From Chitinophagales bacterium (lineage in GTDB: Bacteria; Bacteroidota; Bacteroidia; Chitinophagales; CAIODY01): a stretch of 64,000 nucleotides of DNA. This document shows, piece by piece, positions 1-10,197 of the stretch; positions within the stretch are counted from its first letter, which is position 1; each line of letters begins with the position of its first letter. Under the pieces are notes generated by a model, which was given only the letters and a program-made list of their open reading frames with translations, did no database searches and was not told the DNA's origin. Made by a program: the position numbers and the translations under genes. The DNA lies in assembly GCA_947452995.1 (NCBI GenBank), contig CANGEV010000002.1, positions 1,172-65,171 on the forward strand. Reading direction: 5' to 3'.

Positions 1-1
1 G

Positions 2-118
2 CGTCCTGTTCGTGATTTGCTATATCAACAATTCGCCAAGAATCGATACAAGATATTTGGGAGAAGAGAAGTCTGTATGGTTCCGAGTGCAGAGTTGAAG
101 GAAAGGTTTCTAGATTGA
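2..118 (+). CDS. C-terminal fragment (gene starts upstream of the window) of a probable DCC1-like thiol-disulfide oxidoreductase (DUF393 family)
   Basis: Frame 2 is open from the window edge to TGA at 116-118. The translation ...RPVRDLLYQQFAKNRYKIFGRREVCMVPSAELKERFLD resembles the conserved DUF393 C-terminus (aromatic-x-x-x-A-x-NRYK-x-FG...C). Recognised from memory only. Confidence 0.4.
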   Translation, partial: RPVRDLLYQQFAKNRYKIFGRREVCMVPSAELKERFLD

Positions 119-197
119 AGATAATTTAAGTGAGCACTAGAGTGCAACATAGTGCCACCTTGCGTACTTTTGAGTGGTTTTTTTATACCATTAGAGA

Positions 198-866
198 ATG
201 AATAGTTTTTATAAGCAGGCGAAGTTTTTAGTTTGGTTGGAGTCCTTCATTCTGTTGCTGATAGGATTTTCAATCGCGATTACTATTATTGAAAATGGGC
301 AAGAGCAGCCGCTGTTTTATTTGCTGTTCATTGTTTATGTTCCGGTAGCCCAATTCGCATTCACTCCATTTTTTAAATTGGTAGGGGTTTATCAGTATTA
401 TTCTCCTATGCTTTTAGGATACATGGCAAATGACAAAAAAATTGATTTGCATAGCGGAACAAGTTTTGATTATTTTTTTCTTTTTCAAAAAGTTAGTAAA
501 GGAACAGAATGGCGGAATCGAGTGCTTGTGTGGCAGATTGAAGGTTTGTTGCAGCTGATAGATCAAATAGAAAATAATTGCATTCCAGCATCTGTAAATA
601 TCATTGGGACGTCCTATTTTTTTAGTGAAAGACAATTAAGTAATTTGGGTTTTCAAACAGAGAAAGCCACCTTATTTTATAGATTCAATCTTTTTATCAA
701 TTTTATTGATCTATTCTGGATGTATTCTTTAGCAAAAGGCAAACTGGCCATTCCTGCTGTATGGTGTGCCAAAAAAGCTAGGATAAGCGGAGATACTCTT
801 GTTGCTCAGAAAACAAAGTTTGAAGGACTTTATCAAAAACTAAAAGTAAAGCAAGCTATTATGTAG
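198..866 (+). CDS. hypothetical membrane protein
   Basis: 222-aa ATG-initiated ORF with hydrophobic N-terminal helices. No recognisable catalytic motif. Confidence 0.5.
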   Translation: MNSFYKQAKFLVWLESFILLLIGFSIAITIIENGQEQPLFYLLFIVYVPVAQFAFTPFFKLVGVYQYYSPMLLGYMANDKKIDLHSGTSFDYFFLFQKVSKGTEWRNRVLVWQIEGLLQLIDQIENNCIPASVNIIGTSYFFSERQLSNLGFQTEKATLFYRFNLFINFIDLFWMYSLAKGKLAIPAVWCAKKARISGDTLVAQKTKFEGLYQKLKVKQAIM

Positions 867-1103
867 CGTGAATTTAATTTTTCTATTAAAAGTTTGTTTC
901 GTTCTTGAATACACGAACGATAGCGTCTGAAAATTAAGAATTAAAAATTAAGAACGCTCGCAACAAAACGGGGGAGGCTAGCCACTCGAAATTATCATTC
1001 AACATTCATTGTTCATTATTAACTTCGCTTTCAGTCTGCGTCTTCAATAGGCCTTGACTTGGCATCGAATTCAAATTTATAAACACCACTAAGGTTACTT
1101 AAA

Positions 1104-1433
1104 ATGTACATCTCGCTCACGGCACTTAAGCCTAAAGGAATCATAGGATATATCCGTTTTTGGATACATGCTATTCCTTCTTTTAATCAAGCAAAACAAG
1201 CGAAAGGCTTACTTTCAGCTGACGTAAAAAAAATAGATGTCTATCACTGTACACTGTCCTCTTGGAATTCACGCGAGGAAATGCTTGTATATCTACGCGC
1301 TGGTGCGCATCTTACGGCTATGAAAACGTTTCATAAAATTGCTACCGGACGAAGCTATGGTTACGAAGCGGAAACCCTACCAACATGGGAAGAAGCTTTT
1401 AAGCTTGTTATGGAAAAAGGGAAAATTCACTAA
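1104..1433 (+). CDS. hypothetical small protein, tentatively DUF3291/ABM-fold-like
   Basis: 109-aa ORF. The pattern ...CTLSSWNSREEMLVYLRAGAHLTAM resembles the 'T-x-S-x-W-x-s-x-e-x-l-x-x-f...g-x-H' pattern of that family. Weak call. Confidence 0.4.
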   Translation: MYISLTALKPKGIIGYIRFWIHAIPSFNQAKQAKGLLSADVKKIDVYHCTLSSWNSREEMLVYLRAGAHLTAMKTFHKIATGRSYGYEAETLPTWEEAFKLVMEKGKIH

Positions 1434-1449
1434 TTAATTTTATCGCACT

Positions 1450-1821
1450 TTGAAATACATTTTAAAGCTCGAATCACTTGCATTATGCGCTTTGTTTACA
1501 AGTGCCTATTTCTATTTCTTTCCTGGTAAATGGGGCATATTCTTATCGCTTTTCTTTGTACCCGATGTAGCCTTTGCGCTTTATTTAATTACTAAAAAAT
1601 TGGGTGCGATGGCCTATAATTTCTTTCATCACCAAGGTATCTTGATTGCTTCAATGGCGATAGGCTATTTTTGCAAACTAGAATGGCTAACGCAAATTGC
1701 CCTGATTTTTCTTGCACACTCCACCTTCGACCGCATCTTCGGCTACGGCTTAAAATATCTCGATAATTTTGATCGTACGCATCTCGGCTGGATTGGGAAA
1801 AGTAAACATCTGAATCAGTAA
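1450..1821 (+). CDS. DUF4260-like small integral membrane protein
   Basis: 123-aa ORF with a TTG start and about 4 predicted TM helices. The N-terminal LKLE-x-LAL and HHQG motifs are typical of DUF4260. Confidence 0.5.
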   Translation: MKYILKLESLALCALFTSAYFYFFPGKWGIFLSLFFVPDVAFALYLITKKLGAMAYNFFHHQGILIASMAIGYFCKLEWLTQIALIFLAHSTFDRIFGYGLKYLDNFDRTHLGWIGKSKHLNQ

Positions 1822-1847
1822 AAACGATTTAGATGTTGTTGGAATTA

Positions 1848-2363
1848 CTACAATTCCTTGACAAACCAATAATCTGTCTGTGGGGTAGAACCTAAAGGGA
1901 AGTCGTTCTCTATGCCAGTGTTCTTAAAGCCGTTCTTTTCATAAAAGCCGCGTGCACGGAAGTTATATTCCCATACCGACAAGTAGATGATTTCATTATT
2001 GCGTTCTCGCGCAAAATTTAACGCGAAATTCATGAGCGCTTGTGCCACACCAGCACCATGGAATTCTTTTAATACGTAGAGTTGAACAAGCTCTATATTT
2101 TTTTTGTCTTGATAGGATTCTATCGGACAGCTATGCTTCGCATTGATGCGCATATATCCCTTAACAGTTCCTGCTTCCTCAAAGAAAAAAAAGTAATCAT
2201 TCTCGTCTTGTAACTCTTGCAAACACTGTTTTGAATTAAAATATTTTTCCAACACACCGCGCATGTCTTCTTTGGTGCATGTATTTCCAAAGGTATCATC
2301 GAAGGTCTTGGCTCCAATGTTTTGTAGCAATGCCACATCTCCTATATTTCCACGACGGATCAT
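1848..2363 (-). CDS. GNAT family N-acetyltransferase
   Basis: 171 aa. Acetyl-CoA binding region QLYVLKEFHGAGVAQALMNFAL (Q/R-x-x-G-x-G/A motif) and the C-terminal YEKNGF motif. Confidence 0.75.
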   Translation of the reverse strand: MIRRGNIGDVALLQNIGAKTFDDTFGNTCTKEDMRGVLEKYFNSKQCLQELQDENDYFFFFEEAGTVKGYMRINAKHSCPIESYQDKKNIELVQLYVLKEFHGAGVAQALMNFALNFARERNNEIIYLSVWEYNFRARGFYEKNGFKNTGIENDFPLGSTPQTDYWFVKEL

Positions 2364-2437
2364 GTAAATTGTTTTTTTATTTATTCTAATAAATACACTT
2401 TAAATTAAACAATCAATCATCCAATATTCATCATTCA

Positions 2438-2617
2438 TCATTCATTTTTATTGTCTTCCCACAGTCGCTTTTTCGGCTTCTTATCTTTTTTAAAGGGGCA
2501 ATGTTTACAACCTGTATCACAGCAATAGCCACGCTTTAAATGATAGGCTTCGGTGAATACCATATAGCCTTGTTCATTATAATAGAAGTCGATATTTTCT
2601 TTTAAATCCTCACGCAT
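2438..2617 (-). CDS. small Cys-rich protein (DUF5522-like), absent from the supplied ORF track (59 aa)
   Basis: My own translation of the minus strand gives MREDLKENIDFYYNEQGYMVFTEAYHLKRGYCCDTGCKHCPFKKDKKPKKRLWEDNKNE. The ATG lies 1 nt downstream of the purB stop. It has a CC-x3-C-x2-C cluster and a basic tail. Confidence 0.5.
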   Translation of the reverse strand: MREDLKENIDFYYNEQGYMVFTEAYHLKRGYCCDTGCKHCPFKKDKKPKKRLWEDNKNE

Positions 2618-2618
2618 A

Positions 2619-3974
2619 TTAGTGCTTCGCTACTATACCGATGTAGTTATAAGGCGTAACATTTTTTAACTCTGCTTTCACCGCATCGCTCACCTCCAAA
2701 CCATCTACGAATGCATGCAAAATTTCGGCATTCATTTTCTCTGCGCCACGTGTCAAGGCCTTTAAAGCCTCATAAGGATTAGGATATTGTTCTCTTCTCA
2801 AAATAGTTTGAATCGCCTCCGCAACTACCATCCAGTTATTCTCCAAATCATTTCTTAAGGCCGTTTCATTTAAAATTAACTTCCCTAAGCCCTTTTGAAT
2901 AGAATTCAAACTAATGATCATGTGCGAAAATGGCACACCGACATTTCTTAAAACGGTACTGTCCGTTAAGTCTCTTTGCAAACGTGAAATCGGCAATTTA
3001 TGTGAAAGATGTTCCAATAACGCATTCGCTACTCCGAAATTTCCTTCCGCATTTTCAAAATCAATCGGGTTTACCTTATGTGGCATTGCACTCGAACCAA
3101 CTTCATTCGCCTTTATCTTCTGACGGAAATATTCCATCGAAATATACTGCCACACATCTTTGCAGAAATCCATCAAAATAATATTGATGCGTTTGCAATT
3201 ATCCATCACCGCCGCCAATTGATCGTAATGCTCAATTTGCGTGGTAAATTGCTGACGATCCAATCCCATTGACGCTTTGGTAAATCCATTTGCAAAACTT
3301 ATCCAATCAACTTGCGGGTAAGCCACATGATGTGCATTGAAATTACCCGTTGCGCCTCCGAATTTACAACTGAAAGGAATCGCCTCTAAATTCCTCAACT
3401 GCACCTCCAAACGCTCTACAAAAACCATCCATTCTTTACCCAAGCGAGTAGGAGAGGCAGGTTGACCATGTGTATGTGCTAACATCGGAATGTCCATCCA
3501 TTCTACCGCTTGTGTACGCAACATGCTGGTCAATTCCTTCATCGCAGGAATATAATGACCATGTAAAAAGTCTTTAATCGACCAAGGAATACTGGTATTA
3601 TTGACATCTTGAGAAGTCAAGCCGAAATGAACAAACTCCTTTACAGATTGTAATTGAAGCTCATCTAATTTCTCTTTGATAAAATATTCTACTGCCTTCA
3701 CATCATGATTGGTGATGGCTTCTGTACTTTTAATTTTTAATGCATCCGCTTCCGTGAAATTAGCTGCAATGCCTTCAATGGCTTTAACCTGCGTCTCCGT
3801 TAGTTGTCCCATCCGTGTTTCAGGCACCGCGCGTAAGGCTAATAAATACGCGATCTCCATTTTTACACGATAATGAATCAAGCCAAACTCTGAAAAATAA
3901 GGTGCTAGAGCACTTGTTTGCTTGCGATAGCGGCCGTCTACCGGACTAATAGCGGATAATGCAGTAAGTTCCAT
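2619..3974 (-). CDS. purB: adenylosuccinate lyase
   Basis: N-terminus MELTALSAISPVDGRYR and the fumarate-lyase signature GSSAMPHKVNP. I chose the ATG at 3974 over the upstream TTG at 3989. Confidence 0.92.
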   Translation of the reverse strand: MELTALSAISPVDGRYRKQTSALAPYFSEFGLIHYRVKMEIAYLLALRAVPETRMGQLTETQVKAIEGIAANFTEADALKIKSTEAITNHDVKAVEYFIKEKLDELQLQSVKEFVHFGLTSQDVNNTSIPWSIKDFLHGHYIPAMKELTSMLRTQAVEWMDIPMLAHTHGQPASPTRLGKEWMVFVERLEVQLRNLEAIPFSCKFGGATGNFNAHHVAYPQVDWISFANGFTKASMGLDRQQFTTQIEHYDQLAAVMDNCKRINIILMDFCKDVWQYISMEYFRQKIKANEVGSSAMPHKVNPIDFENAEGNFGVANALLEHLSHKLPISRLQRDLTDSTVLRNVGVPFSHMIISLNSIQKGLGKLILNETALRNDLENNWMVVAEAIQTILRREQYPNPYEALKALTRGAEKMNAEILHAFVDGLEVSDAVKAELKNVTPYNYIGIVAKH

Positions 3975-4000
3975 TTTGCAAAGGTACAAAAACCTATGCG

Positions 4001-4606
4001 CTAAAAGAAAAACCCAAATGAACTAACGAATCTATTTTGATAGTTAGGGTTCATTTGAAGTAGGTCGTATTGAAATTTAATATAGAAGCCATTCACTCCT
4101 AAGGCGGCACCAACTAAGGCCGAAGGGTACCATTTAATAGGTTCCGTCACATTGTAATTTACCATTGCAACGCTGTATTTGTAGGAATTCATTTCGATGT
4201 CGGCCGCAGCAGATAAGAAATTGAAGACTTGATACTGCCCCCAGATTCCACCCCCTAATGTGCGTCCTTTGTCTGTTCTGTTAGTGTTAAAACGCTGATC
4301 AAAATAGAAGTCCTTATAATAAATGTAATTAAAGGAAACGCCCGCCATCAAACGCTCATGGAAACGATAACCAACCTTTGGTTGTAGTTGAACAAGTGTT
4401 GGGTTAAAGCGCATACCTATTATTGGACTAATTACCAGTTTAGACGGATCAAATCCTTTTACGTCCTCTTGCTGATCTTTGTCATTACGTTGACTGTTCG
4501 AGGAGTTTTGATTGTTTTCCGTTGAATTGCCTTTTTGACGTTTATCGAATTGAGCATAGCTTAGGCTAGGCAAGAGCAGAACGAATAAAAAGAGTAAACG
4601 CTTCAT
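4001..4606 (-). CDS. putative outer-membrane beta-barrel protein
   Basis: Signal peptide MKRLLFLFVLLLPSLSYAQ, alternating amphipathic strands, and a C-terminal ...SSFGFFF aromatic terminus. Confidence 0.5.
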   Translation of the reverse strand: MKRLLFLFVLLLPSLSYAQFDKRQKGNSTENNQNSSNSQRNDKDQQEDVKGFDPSKLVISPIIGMRFNPTLVQLQPKVGYRFHERLMAGVSFNYIYYKDFYFDQRFNTNRTDKGRTLGGGIWGQYQVFNFLSAAADIEMNSYKYSVAMVNYNVTEPIKWYPSALVGAALGVNGFYIKFQYDLLQMNPNYQNRFVSSFGFFF

Positions 4607-4676
4607 ACATTGAAGTTACATAATTATGAAGTTACGGGAAATTTTATTTTCTTTATAAAAACCTAAAAACCACAAC

Positions 4677-6128
4677 ATGGCGAATTTATTCCGCAAAAAG
4701 AACGTAGCCGACCTTTTGGCTGAATCTGCAGAATCTGAACACAGTTTGAAACGCTCTTTAGGCTCAATGGCGCTCATTGCTTTAGGCATTGGTGCAATCA
4801 TCGGAGCCGGATTATTTGTACGTACAGCTGCCGCTGCCGGAATGCACGCGGGGCCTGGTGTAATTTATTCATTTATCATAGCAGGCATAGGATGCGCCTT
4901 TGCCGGACTTTGCTATGCGGAGTTCGCCTCGATGATTCCTATCGCTGGTAGTGCTTACACTTATTCTTATGCTACAATGGGTGAATTGGTAGCTTGGATC
5001 ATCGGTTGGGATCTTGTTTTGGAATATGCGCTTGGTGCTGCCACCGTGGCCATCGCTTGGAGCGAATATTTGAACAAACTTTTACAAAATCTTTTCGGCT
5101 TCGAAATACCCTATGCGCTTTGTCACTCTCCGTTTCAAACGGCGGTAGATGGCTCCCATGGTATCATGAATCTTCCTGCTTTGTTCATCCTACTATTGAT
5201 TTCATTAGTATTGATGCGCGGTACGAAAGAATCTGCTGTTGTAAATAATATCATCGTTGCCGTAAAATTGGCGATTGTTTTAATCTTTATTGCGATTGGT
5301 TGGAATTATATTAACCCAGTTAATCATGCAGTAATGGTACCTGAAAATACAGGTGGTTTCGGCGACTTTGGATGGAGTGGTGTTTTGAGTGGAGCAGGTA
5401 TTGTATTCTTCGCCTTTATCGGCTTTGACGCCGTTTCAACTGCCGCACAAGAAGCGAAAGATCCTCAAAAGGGTATGCCTATCGGTATTTTAGTTTCTTT
5501 GGCTGTTTGTACTATTCTTTATATCGTCTTCGCCTATGTGTTGACAGGTGTTGCAAATTATAAAGACTTCGGAAAAGGAGGTGCTGGTCATGAAGCTTCG
5601 GTAGCTTATGCTATTACTACCTATATGAAAGGCTATTCATGGCTAAGCACTGCGATCACCATCGCTATCCTCGCGGGCTTCTCTTCTGTAATCTTGGTAT
5701 TGTTAATGGGACAATCACGTGTATTCTATTCAATGAGTAAAGACGGCTTATTACCGCCTGTATTCAGTCAATTGCATCCTCGTTACAAAACGCCTGCTAA
5801 ATCTAATTTCTTACTATTCCTGTTCGTAGGTGTTTTTGCAACATTTTTGCCAGGTGATGTAGTGGGTGATATGACGAGTATCGGAACATTATTTGCATTT
5901 GTCTTGGTTTGCATAGGTGTGATAGTGATGCGTAAAACTTCTCCTGAAATACCTCGTCCGTTTAAAACCCCATTAGTGCCTTTAGTTCCAATTTTAGGAA
6001 TTGTAGTTTGCTTGGCGATGATTGCTGGCCTAGGTTGGGAGAATTGGACTCGATTATTTGTTTGGTTGGCTATCGGCTTCGCAATTTACTTCGGCTATAG
6101 CGTGAAGAAAAGTAAACTCAACAAATAA
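4677..6128 (+). CDS. APC-superfamily amino acid permease (cationic amino-acid transporter-like)
   Basis: 483 aa with about 12-13 TM segments. N-terminal motif SL-x-RSLG-x-x-x-LIALGIGAIIGAGLF is typical of the AAT/CAT subfamily. Confidence 0.85.
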   Translation: MANLFRKKNVADLLAESAESEHSLKRSLGSMALIALGIGAIIGAGLFVRTAAAAGMHAGPGVIYSFIIAGIGCAFAGLCYAEFASMIPIAGSAYTYSYATMGELVAWIIGWDLVLEYALGAATVAIAWSEYLNKLLQNLFGFEIPYALCHSPFQTAVDGSHGIMNLPALFILLLISLVLMRGTKESAVVNNIIVAVKLAIVLIFIAIGWNYINPVNHAVMVPENTGGFGDFGWSGVLSGAGIVFFAFIGFDAVSTAAQEAKDPQKGMPIGILVSLAVCTILYIVFAYVLTGVANYKDFGKGGAGHEASVAYAITTYMKGYSWLSTAITIAILAGFSSVILVLLMGQSRVFYSMSKDGLLPPVFSQLHPRYKTPAKSNFLLFLFVGVFATFLPGDVVGDMTSIGTLFAFVLVCIGVIVMRKTSPEIPRPFKTPLVPLVPILGIVVCLAMIAGLGWENWTRLFVWLAIGFAIYFGYSVKKSKLNK

Positions 6129-6133
6129 TTCGC

Positions 6134-7573
6134 ATGAAGAAAAAGCTTAACCTGCTCGACGCTACTCTCATTGTTGCGGGCTCAATGATTGGCTCTGGGA
6201 TATTTTTAGTGAGCTCAGATATGAGTAGGACGGTGGGTAGTACCGGCTGGCTTTTACTACTATGGATTATTTCTGGCGTGATGACCATGCTTGCCGCACT
6301 TAGTTATGGTGAATTAGCCGGTATGATGCCAGATGCAGGTGGGCAATATGTTTACCTTAAGAAATCGTTCAACAACTTTATAGCGTTCTTATATGGTTGG
6401 ACTCTTTTTGTCGTGATTCAATGCGGAAGTATTGCCGCAGTTGCTGTAGCCTTTGCAAAGTATGCGGGTGTAATCTGGCCTGTACTAGGCGAGAATAATA
6501 TCATTTTTCAATTGAATGATAGCTTCGCAATCAATGCAGCGCAGCTCACTGGAATCGGGTCTATTTTAATGCTGACTTTGTTGAACAGAGCAGGAATGCA
6601 ATATGGAAAATTTATTAATCTATTCTTCAACAGTACGAAGCTAATCGCCTTGTTCGGTATCATTGTCTTGGGTGTTTTTGTGTTCGGGAAAAGTGAAATT
6701 TGGAACGCCAACTGGCAAGATGCCTGGCATGCCGTTAAATTGAATTTTGACGTAACAACTAATACTTGGTCGGCTACAGAGCTAGGTGGAATGGCCTTAT
6801 TGAGTGCTCTAGGCGTTGGCTTAGTAGGTTCACTATTTAGTAGCGACGCATGGAATAACGTGACTTTCATCGCTGGAGATATCGAAAATCCAAAACGTAA
6901 TATTCCACTTAGCTTATTCTTCGGTACAGCAATCGTGAGTGCTTTGTACATCTTAGCCAATATTGCCTATTTGTTTTTATTGCCTATAAAAGGAACGCCT
7001 GGTGCCACTGATACGGTGCAAGCCGGTATTCAATTTGCCGCGAACGATCGAGTAGGGGTAGCCGCTGCCATGCAGATTTTTGGTAATCCCGCTGTTTTCA
7101 TCATGGCAGTATTGATTATGATTTCAACCTTCGGTTGTAATAATGGAATCGTGCTTTCCTCTGTTCGTGTTTATCAAGAAATGGCGAATGATGGATTGTT
7201 TTTTGATAAGATGAAATTCAATAATAAGAATGGAGTGCCCGGCTTCGCATTATGGGTGCAGTTTATCTGGGCTTCGGTACTTTGTTTGAGTGGCAAGTAC
7301 GGCGATCTGTTAGATTATGTAATGTTTGCTGTAATTCTATTCTACATTCTTACCTTAATTGGCTTGTTTATACTCCGTAAGAAAATGCCAGATGTTGAGC
7401 GTCCTTACAAAGCATTTGGGTATCCTGTCTTGCCTGCTTTGTATATCGTTCTTGCTGCAGCTTTCTGTTTAAATCTGTTAATTGTTAAACCGAATTTTGC
7501 AGTAGGCTCTTTAACGATTGTATTGCTCGGAGCTCCGGTATATTATATCTGGAAACACTTCGCGAAAAAGTAA
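6134..7573 (+). CDS. APC-superfamily amino acid permease (LAT/APA-like)
   Basis: 479 aa with 12 TM segments. The motif L-x-L-x-D-A-T-x-IV-x-GSMIGSGIF is typical of L-type/APA transporters. It starts 5 nt after the preceding paralogue. Confidence 0.85.
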   Translation: MKKKLNLLDATLIVAGSMIGSGIFLVSSDMSRTVGSTGWLLLLWIISGVMTMLAALSYGELAGMMPDAGGQYVYLKKSFNNFIAFLYGWTLFVVIQCGSIAAVAVAFAKYAGVIWPVLGENNIIFQLNDSFAINAAQLTGIGSILMLTLLNRAGMQYGKFINLFFNSTKLIALFGIIVLGVFVFGKSEIWNANWQDAWHAVKLNFDVTTNTWSATELGGMALLSALGVGLVGSLFSSDAWNNVTFIAGDIENPKRNIPLSLFFGTAIVSALYILANIAYLFLLPIKGTPGATDTVQAGIQFAANDRVGVAAAMQIFGNPAVFIMAVLIMISTFGCNNGIVLSSVRVYQEMANDGLFFDKMKFNNKNGVPGFALWVQFIWASVLCLSGKYGDLLDYVMFAVILFYILTLIGLFILRKKMPDVERPYKAFGYPVLPALYIVLAAAFCLNLLIVKPNFAVGSLTIVLLGAPVYYIWKHFAKK

Positions 7574-7580
7574 GCAAGGA

Positions 7581-8327
7581 TTAAAATCCCCTTGCGGCTT
7601 CTTTACTCATCCAGCCTTCTTTTCCGTCGGCTAAACGTATCTTTTGCCAGTTGCCTTGCATCCCCTTGATTTCAACGAGGGTTCCTTCATGTAATTGAAA
7701 TACTTCTACTCCTGTGGCATCTGGAGCGGATAAAATACCAACGCTCGGAAATTGAATAACGGCCATCTCCCTTCCGTAAATATGGTGATGACTGGTAAAG
7801 GCTAGCACAAATAAGTTAATTGCAATGAAGATGCTAATTCCTGACAACCAGGCCTTCTTTAAGATCCCTTTGTGTCGAAGGAACAAGCTAAGCGCAAAGA
7901 TAACTATAAAGACAATTCCTAGCCAATACCAAACAATGGGTGACGTTATTAAGGAACTTCGATTCAGCCATCTGATCGGCGCAATACTTGGTAATTCTTC
8001 CACACGATCTAAGGTCTTATAGCGCATTAAATCTTTGTTGTATTTAATTTCTTCATTGCAGGGGTCTAAGCGATAAGCCTTTTCATAACACCAAACTGCT
8101 TTGCCCAAATGCTTTGATTTGAAAGCAGCATTCCCCGCATTATTAAAAAGAACAGCCGACGAATAACCTCTATTAATCAGCGAATCATAATCTACTAAAG
8201 CCTGTTCGTAGGCTTTGTTGCGATAGGCTTCTGCAGCAGCTTTCCAAAGACTGTCATTGCTCGAACGAGCTATAGATTCGCTACTGAACGCAATTAAAAT
8301 CATCCCAAAAAAGAAGAACTTTCTCAT
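7581..8327 (-). CDS. batE: BatE-like TPR plus SH3b-domain membrane protein
   Basis: Signal peptide, TPR repeats, 2 TM helices and a C-terminal SH3b-like segment (GNWQKIRLADGKEGWM). It is the last gene of the Bat cluster. ATGA overlap with batD. Confidence 0.7.
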   Translation of the reverse strand: MRKFFFFGMILIAFSSESIARSSNDSLWKAAAEAYRNKAYEQALVDYDSLINRGYSSAVLFNNAGNAAFKSKHLGKAVWCYEKAYRLDPCNEEIKYNKDLMRYKTLDRVEELPSIAPIRWLNRSSLITSPIVWYWLGIVFIVIFALSLFLRHKGILKKAWLSGISIFIAINLFVLAFTSHHHIYGREMAVIQFPSVGILSAPDATGVEVFQLHEGTLVEIKGMQGNWQKIRLADGKEGWMSKEAARGF

Positions 8328-10186
8328 TGCTTTAAATCATTTTCTAGGTGAACAATTAAATCAGTCGCTGCTTTTATTTTTTGAGCGAAATCTACGGAAA
8401 CAGCTCCCGGAGCATACAAGGCCATTTCACATTCGTTCAATAAACTATTAATCTGTTCGTGTAAATTTTCGCCGACATGATGTGCATTCAATAAGTTGCT
8501 CAGCTCGCTTCTGTTTTGTTGTTGTGTGTTCATCGACCACTTTTGTGCAAAGTACGTCCACATACACCTTTCAAGACTTTGATAAAATGCTTCGGTATTA
8601 TTCGACTTCATCGAATCTTGTGCTAGTTTCAAGTATTTACGCGCAGTATGAATCGCTTGTTTCTCTTTGTTGTTTCCAAAACGTTGCAGTATTGCAGCTC
8701 CATTCTTTCTGAATATAAAGAGTAATAAAGCCAAGATGATCGGGATGCTCATTAAGAGGTAAAACAGAAAACTGCCCCAGAACGGTTTAATAACTCGCTT
8801 CCAATCCTCCTGCCAAGCAGCGTTTAAGAGAGGCTTTACATCACTTCTCGACAACTTTAATTCTTCTCTACTTTGACCATTTATCTTCACTGAATTGCTG
8901 TGCTTCCCTTCTGCAATATCCAAGGATAGTAGCGCGGTTTTAAGCGTAACATAAGCTTGCTTGTCTAAATCGAAGTAAGAGAAATGTGCGCCGTCAATAT
9001 CAATCTTACCGCTTTCATTAGGAATAATAACATACTCAAAACTTTTACTTCCACTGATTGGATAGGCTTCCTTTTCCCAAGCATCTAATGTTTTTGGATC
9101 ATAGGTTTCAAAGTCTTCACCTGGTATGAATGTCGGTGCTTCAAAAGTTGGGAGATTTCCTGTACCACTGATTTGTACTTTGTAGGTGATCGCATCGTCA
9201 GTACTCAATTTCGTCTTGTCTGCTTTGGCGGTAATAGTAAAACGCCCAACCGCTCCGTTAAAGTCTGCTGGCTTGTTGGGAGGTAGTGGCTTAACATTAA
9301 TTTTTAAAGAACCAGAGTTGATTACATAAGGTATATCTTCATAGCCATTGAAGAAAGGATCGTTAAACATCGGATCATTAAAGAACGGATCATTGAACAT
9401 TGGGTTGTTACCAAACATCTGATCTATGATACTTTGTCTTTTATGTTTGCTCTTAACGCGAGCGAGTATTTTTATTTCTGCAGGATCTAATACTAAAGTC
9501 CCTGCATGCTGCGGAAATAGCGCCACACGCTTAAATATTAAAACATTATAGGTGGTTCCATTAATCACTTCTTGTCCGCTCACACCTTCTGGTATTTTAT
9601 ATTCTTGGTTCCAACAACCGTTAAAGGATGGAACCTTCGTTACTTGACTCCCTACAATTGCTACGTTAGTATACACCTTGTAGGTTACTGTCACTTGTTC
9701 TCCTTCATAAACACTATTCTTATCTGCCGTAATTCGTATGAAAACGTTTTTCGATAAATCTGCTCCGTTAGTAGCTGCGTTATTATTTGATCCTGCAGAA
9801 GGCTGACTAGGGGCTGCTTTATTCACTTGTACAACGAAAGAGTTAGATTCAATATTACCTGCATTCGTCACTGCTGTTGCGGGTGGTATCGTGAATCGCC
9901 CTTCTTTCGTAGCCCGGAGTATATAAGACAAGGTAAGTGTTTGTGTTGCACCGTTCATCCCAACGTTGATGCGGGTCCCTTGTATAGGGCCTTGAATCAC
10001 TTGAAACGGAGCGAAGTTGGGATTGATGAATTGTCTAACGGAGCCGTTTTCTATTGCGAAGTCGACTTGAAAGTTTTCTCCTACCTGTACTGGATTACGG
10101 GTACTACTTGCCGTAAATTTTATGCCACCTGCCATGCTGAGGAAGGAGATAAAAAGGCACAATAAAAAACTAAGTAGTCTTTTCAT
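8324..10186 (-). CDS. batD: BatD-like oxygen-tolerance protein
   Basis: Signal peptide, repeated Ig-like BatD modules, a C-terminal TM helix and a helical tail. I chose the ATG at 10186 (MKRLLSF...) over the TTG at 10204. Confidence 0.75.
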   Translation of the reverse strand: MKRLLSFLLCLFISFLSMAGGIKFTASSTRNPVQVGENFQVDFAIENGSVRQFINPNFAPFQVIQGPIQGTRINVGMNGATQTLTLSYILRATKEGRFTIPPATAVTNAGNIESNSFVVQVNKAAPSQPSAGSNNNAATNGADLSKNVFIRITADKNSVYEGEQVTVTYKVYTNVAIVGSQVTKVPSFNGCWNQEYKIPEGVSGQEVINGTTYNVLIFKRVALFPQHAGTLVLDPAEIKILARVKSKHKRQSIIDQMFGNNPMFNDPFFNDPMFNDPFFNGYEDIPYVINSGSLKINVKPLPPNKPADFNGAVGRFTITAKADKTKLSTDDAITYKVQISGTGNLPTFEAPTFIPGEDFETYDPKTLDAWEKEAYPISGSKSFEYVIIPNESGKIDIDGAHFSYFDLDKQAYVTLKTALLSLDIAEGKHSNSVKINGQSREELKLSRSDVKPLLNAAWQEDWKRVIKPFWGSFLFYLLMSIPIILALLLFIFRKNGAAILQRFGNNKEKQAIHTARKYLKLAQDSMKSNNTEAFYQSLERCMWTYFAQKWSMNTQQQNRSELSNLLNAHHVGENLHEQINSLLNECEMALYAPGAVSVDFAQKIKAATDLIVHLENDLKQ

Positions 10187-10197
10187 ATTAATGCAGT

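Noticed and set aside
2914-3272. Several plus-strand ORFs antisense to purB. Similar antisense ORFs lie within alaS, maeB, fusA, gatA, comEC and other genes.
   Set aside because: Each lies wholly inside a long, motif-verified gene on the opposite strand, and none has a recognisable motif of its own.
4677-7573. The tandem APC permeases considered as a recent duplication or a mobile cassette.
   Set aside because: The two proteins belong to different APC subfamilies and are highly diverged. No flanking repeats are visible.
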